From Antedon mediterranea (taxonomy: Eukaryota > Animalia > Echinodermata): a stretch of 20,646 nt of DNA. The position numbers and the translations under genes were made by a program. This document shows positions 19,301-20,646 of the stretch, piece by piece (position 1 is the stretch's first letter; every line of letters begins with the position of its first letter). The stretch is taken from the NCBI RefSeq assembly GCF_964355755.1, contig NW_027306100.1, positions 1-20,646 of the forward strand. The letters run 5' to 3'. The notes under the pieces were generated by a model. It searched no databases, was not told where the DNA came from, and was given only the letters and a program-made list of their open reading frames with translations.

Positions 19301-20456
19301 CAGTCAGTTTCAAAAGATCCTGAGCAAATTCAATGTACGTCTATTCTTCGATATCAAGTACAATACTCAGATGGAAATAAACAAAATATTGTCAACACAA
19401 CAAGTAGTTCTCAATTAGAGGTAGAACTATCAGGGTTATCAAGTTGTAATGCTTATGTCGTAAACGCTCGAGTTATTAATAATATGGATATTGCTGGTAA
19501 TTGGGGAGAGAACCTGATGGTACAGACAGTTCCCTCGAGTGAGTTAGACTATGTATGCATAAATTACACTAATTATAATTGAGTGATGATTTAGTTTGTA
19601 GTTGAATACCATGCAGACATAATAATATAAACCAGATAGTACAATTTAATATAAATTAAGACTCGCAAATTAATAGACTCCTTCAGCATTGCCAATTATA
19701 TAAACATTTGTTGAACTATTTAATATTGATAATAGGCTAGTGTAAGTTTTAAAGATTAAACAATAAAATAATGAAATCAATTTGAAGGATATTTTTTTTT
19801 AATTAGAGCCAACGATAGAAAGTAATCCATTTGCAAATGAAACACATTTACTGATGAAGTGGAATGCTGCTATGTGCGAAGTGCCAAACCATAATGTGAC
19901 CTACCATTATGAACTATCAGGTGGAGTATTTCAGCAAGGAACTACAACAGAAACTGAAGTTTTATTTGACGATGGTATTGAATCCTGTATAGAATATACA
20001 TTTACGGTCTTAGCGTCTTATTCAAATTTTAAAGGAATATCTGACACAACGACAGTTATGCTTGGGACAAATTGTGATTCTGGAGGTCAGGGTAAGTGTA
20101 TGTTAAACATGCCGCACTTGCCTTGCTTTATATTCCGTTTTAGATTATTAAATTAATTAAAGAACTATTGCCCTTTCATGCTGGTAGTTATATAATACTT
20201 ATACATAAAACTAAATTATCATCTAAAAATAATTATGTTCAGTTAATATCTTGCTATTTGTTTTGTTCCCGTAGGCCTAATAAATCTAGATTTTACATTC
20301 CTTCCTTCTCTCAAAAACTTGCTTAATAAATGACTACACAATAAATAATTTCATAGTATTTATTTATTTATTTGAAGGTACTCCAATAGGTGTGATAATT
20401 GTATGCCTGGTTCTACTGCTTGTGATACTTATTCTGTTGTTGATTGTAATTAAACG
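10312..20456 (+). CDS. Tie1/Tie2-like single-pass receptor, ectodomain and TM (SP-Ig-Ig-EGFx4-FN3x3-TM); join(10312..10375,12215..12625,12767..13018,15027..15161,15339..15485,15678..15803,16284..16424,18185..18478,19070..19137,19304..19538,19807..20091,20378..20456), 3'-partial
   Basis: Twelve GT-AG exons splice into one 2237-nt open frame (745 codons + 2 nt). Tie-type words: LDITVYSNTPL, TITVGIGESVTI..DDGVYEC..MRLIVRAC, CYNGGVCDDKTGVCICPPGF, CPPDPVGCSC, FYGADC, YGTGMITKRKLWYK; hydrophobic TM followed by KR. Cytoplasmic domain not in the window. Confidence 0.92.
10865..11006 (+). mobile_element. Possible short LINE 3'-end remnant
   Basis: RWNAIL-coding stretch, T-rich segment, AATAAA (~10982) and a ttgaattaatgaatt tail; very degenerate. 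Confidence 0.3.
11078..11744. mobile_element. Large fold-back MITE (~250-bp inverted arms) in intron 1 of the Tie-like gene
   Basis: Termini TAAAGCCCGGCGCACACTAGAGCTT / AAGCTCTAGTGTGCGCCGGGCTTTA; arms ~11078-11328 and ~11493-11744 are reverse complements with scattered mismatches; GC-rich relative to the flanks. Confidence 0.9.
11752..11878. repeat. Imperfect hairpin repeat (~55-bp arms), probably part of another non-autonomous DNA element
   Basis: aatataggatttgac..gggaataatatttttttcgatagaata pairs with tattccatcgaacaaaatattattccc..gtcaaatcttatatt. Confidence 0.75.
12215..12625 (+). CDS. Exon 2: Tie-type Ig domain 1
   Basis: Acceptor tctttgttaag|, donor G|gtgagt; ORF 12220..12699; N-terminus resembles mature Tie2 AMDLILINSLPL. 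Confidence 0.88.
12767..13018 (+). CDS. Exon 3: Tie-type Ig domain 2
   Basis: Acceptor cttacag|, donor G|gtaggt; WRHN, DDGVYEC, RLIVR. Confidence 0.93.
13102..14720 (-). mobile_element. 5'-truncated non-LTR retrotransposon (L2/Crack/Daphne/CR1 group) in intron 3, antisense to the host gene
   Basis: RT ORF followed by ~400 bp of 3' UTR, AATAAA (13117-13122 on minus) and a (TA)n tail; 5' junction approximate; no endonuclease or ORF1. Confidence 0.9.
13509..14747 (-). CDS. LINE ORF2 reverse transcriptase domain and C-terminus (5'-truncated, uninterrupted 412 codons)
   Basis: QSGFR, LLDFKKAFDTVNH, GVPQGSIVGP, YADD, KHLGIIID, QNRTARI and WNSL motifs; the first ~10 codons are probably host flank. 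Confidence 0.93.
   Translation of the reverse strand: MMIKNNWYSIDNLLCINQSGFRPSYSTSTALTKVTEDWYSAIDEGKLVGICLLDFKKAFDTVNHSILLSKLRLYGSSKYVLKWFESYLSERKQFTNVNSTLSDYTHIQCGVPQGSIVGPLAFLLYINDLSKVANKCKISMYADDTIIYCSSKNENEIYQSINEELIQIDDWLKNNKLSLNVSKSEFMLIGSTNRLATTKEKNRSVNIDNDVVPRVRYCKHLGIIIDEHLSWKNQIEYIRGKALNGLGMLRRCSYYFPQDILKHIANSIVIPYLSYCSIIWGNSSQTLMKRVQTIQNRTARIVCGLTWYTPSSEALRQINWSPLFYQDRYECCMVIYKVLTDNAPPYLNNVFTFNDINYNLRHSDTHLFIPKPKTDFKKRSLSYRGAIIWNSLNVDTLPNSVKLFKTYLKNAL
15027..15161 (+). CDS. Exon 4: EGF-like repeat 1
   Basis: ACPSPKWNPPDCEMDCPVCYNGGVCDDKTGVCICPPGFKGESCLN; acceptor acgtag|, donor G|gtaatg. Confidence 0.95.
15339..15485 (+). CDS. Exon 5: EGF-like repeat 2
   Basis: GCGNNTWGRDCLSICSSTFGNTCFGVLLCPPDPVGCSCIDGLRGNQCRK; acceptor tcggtag|, donor C|gttaga. 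Confidence 0.93.
15678..15803 (+). CDS. Exon 6: EGF-like repeat 3
   Basis: QCEPDFYGADCRQQCHCDNCDSFKGCTSGSTCLDGYTGEGCL; acceptor tatatag|, donor G|gtagca. Confidence 0.93.
16284..16424 (+). CDS. Exon 7: EGF-like repeat 4
   Basis: VPTLCPSGFFGILCNYPCHCKDKEDCNRDGSCNNGCHEAWAGPNCSI; acceptor tgtatag|, donor G|gtaacg. Confidence 0.92.
   Translation, partial: YPLCVRLDSLVFCVTTHVTAKIKKIVIEMEVAIMGVMRLGLDQTAA
17416..17625. repeat. Inverted repeat, 63-bp arms (61/63 identical) with 84-bp spacer
   Basis: 17416-17478 is the reverse complement of 17563-17625 with two mismatches. Confidence 0.92.
17626..17911 (+). mobile_element. 5'-truncated SINE with a Deu/Nin-domain-like core
   Basis: 17713-17825 (GGATAAGGACTATAAATCGTAGGTCC..TTACAGAACCCA..TTCGAGAAGAGTAGGGGGTTACCCCGGTG) resembles the recalled AmnSINE1/SINE3 Deu-domain; A-rich tail near 17896-17911; tRNA/5S head missing. 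Confidence 0.7.
18185..18478 (+). CDS. Exon 8: FN3 domain 1
   Basis: ALPYHFEPPTIVN..YGTGMITKRKLWYK..GPKSKIGSIQLVCL; acceptor tttgttag|, donor A|gtaagc. Confidence 0.9.
19070..19137 (+). CDS. Exon 9: FN3 domain 2, N-terminal half
   Basis: KPLVEPKIEIQTIKENKVILNVK; acceptor ctatag|, donor AAG|gtaatc; needed to restore phase between exons 8 and 10. Confidence 0.85.
19304..19538 (+). CDS. Exon 10: FN3 domain 2, C-terminal half
   Basis: YQVQY..LSGLSSCNAYVVNARVIN..GNWG..VQTVPS; acceptor cttttcag|, donor A|gtgagt. Confidence 0.9.
19807..20091 (+). CDS. Exon 11: FN3 domain 3 and stalk
   Basis: LLMKW..YHYEL..IESCIEYTFTVLA; acceptor ttaattag|, donor G|gtaagt; ORF 19854..20156. Confidence 0.92.
20378..20456 (+). 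CDS. Exon 12: transmembrane helix (GTPIGVIIVCLVLLLVILILLLIVIKR)
   Basis: 22 hydrophobic residues then KR stop-transfer; acceptor tttgaag|, phase-2 donor CG|gtaaat. Confidence 0.9.
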
Positions 20457-20646
20457 GTAAATGATATTTTTTGCTGTTCTTATTATTCTGTTATAATCCA
20501 ATCATGTATTTGTTTGTATCACTCTTTCTGGTCATATGTTTTCCCTACTCTGACGTAACTGTACTTAATACAAACTCTGAGAATACCTTCCAGTAATTCT
20601 CGAGTGGGATTATTTTATTTTGAGCATACCTCCCTTTCTTTAATAC

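Overview
AT-rich metazoan genomic DNA with GT-AG introns, most plausibly an invertebrate deuterostome such as an echinoderm (inferred from the Tie-type receptor and a Deu/Nin-domain SINE). Two + strand multi-exon genes lie head-to-tail. (1) The last five coding exons (5-2122) of a receptor-type protein tyrosine phosphatase encode a degenerate D2 domain ending in a PTPRA-like YANVK* tail. (2) The first twelve coding exons (10312-20456) of a single-pass receptor encode signal peptide, 2 Ig, 4 EGF, 3 FN3 and a TM helix, clearly related to the Tie1/Tie2 ectodomain; its cytoplasmic part lies beyond the window. The main open question is whether the two are tandem paralogs, i.e. chimeric Tie-ectodomain phosphatases. 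Non-coding DNA is rich in mobile elements: a deleted LTR retrotransposon with a CATGT TSD carrying a nested, fully delimited non-autonomous Helitron, a young 5'-truncated L2/CR1-group LINE, a decayed CR1 fragment, a tRNA-SINE, a Deu-domain SINE and several fold-back MITEs. All comparisons to known proteins and repeats are from memory; no database search was run.
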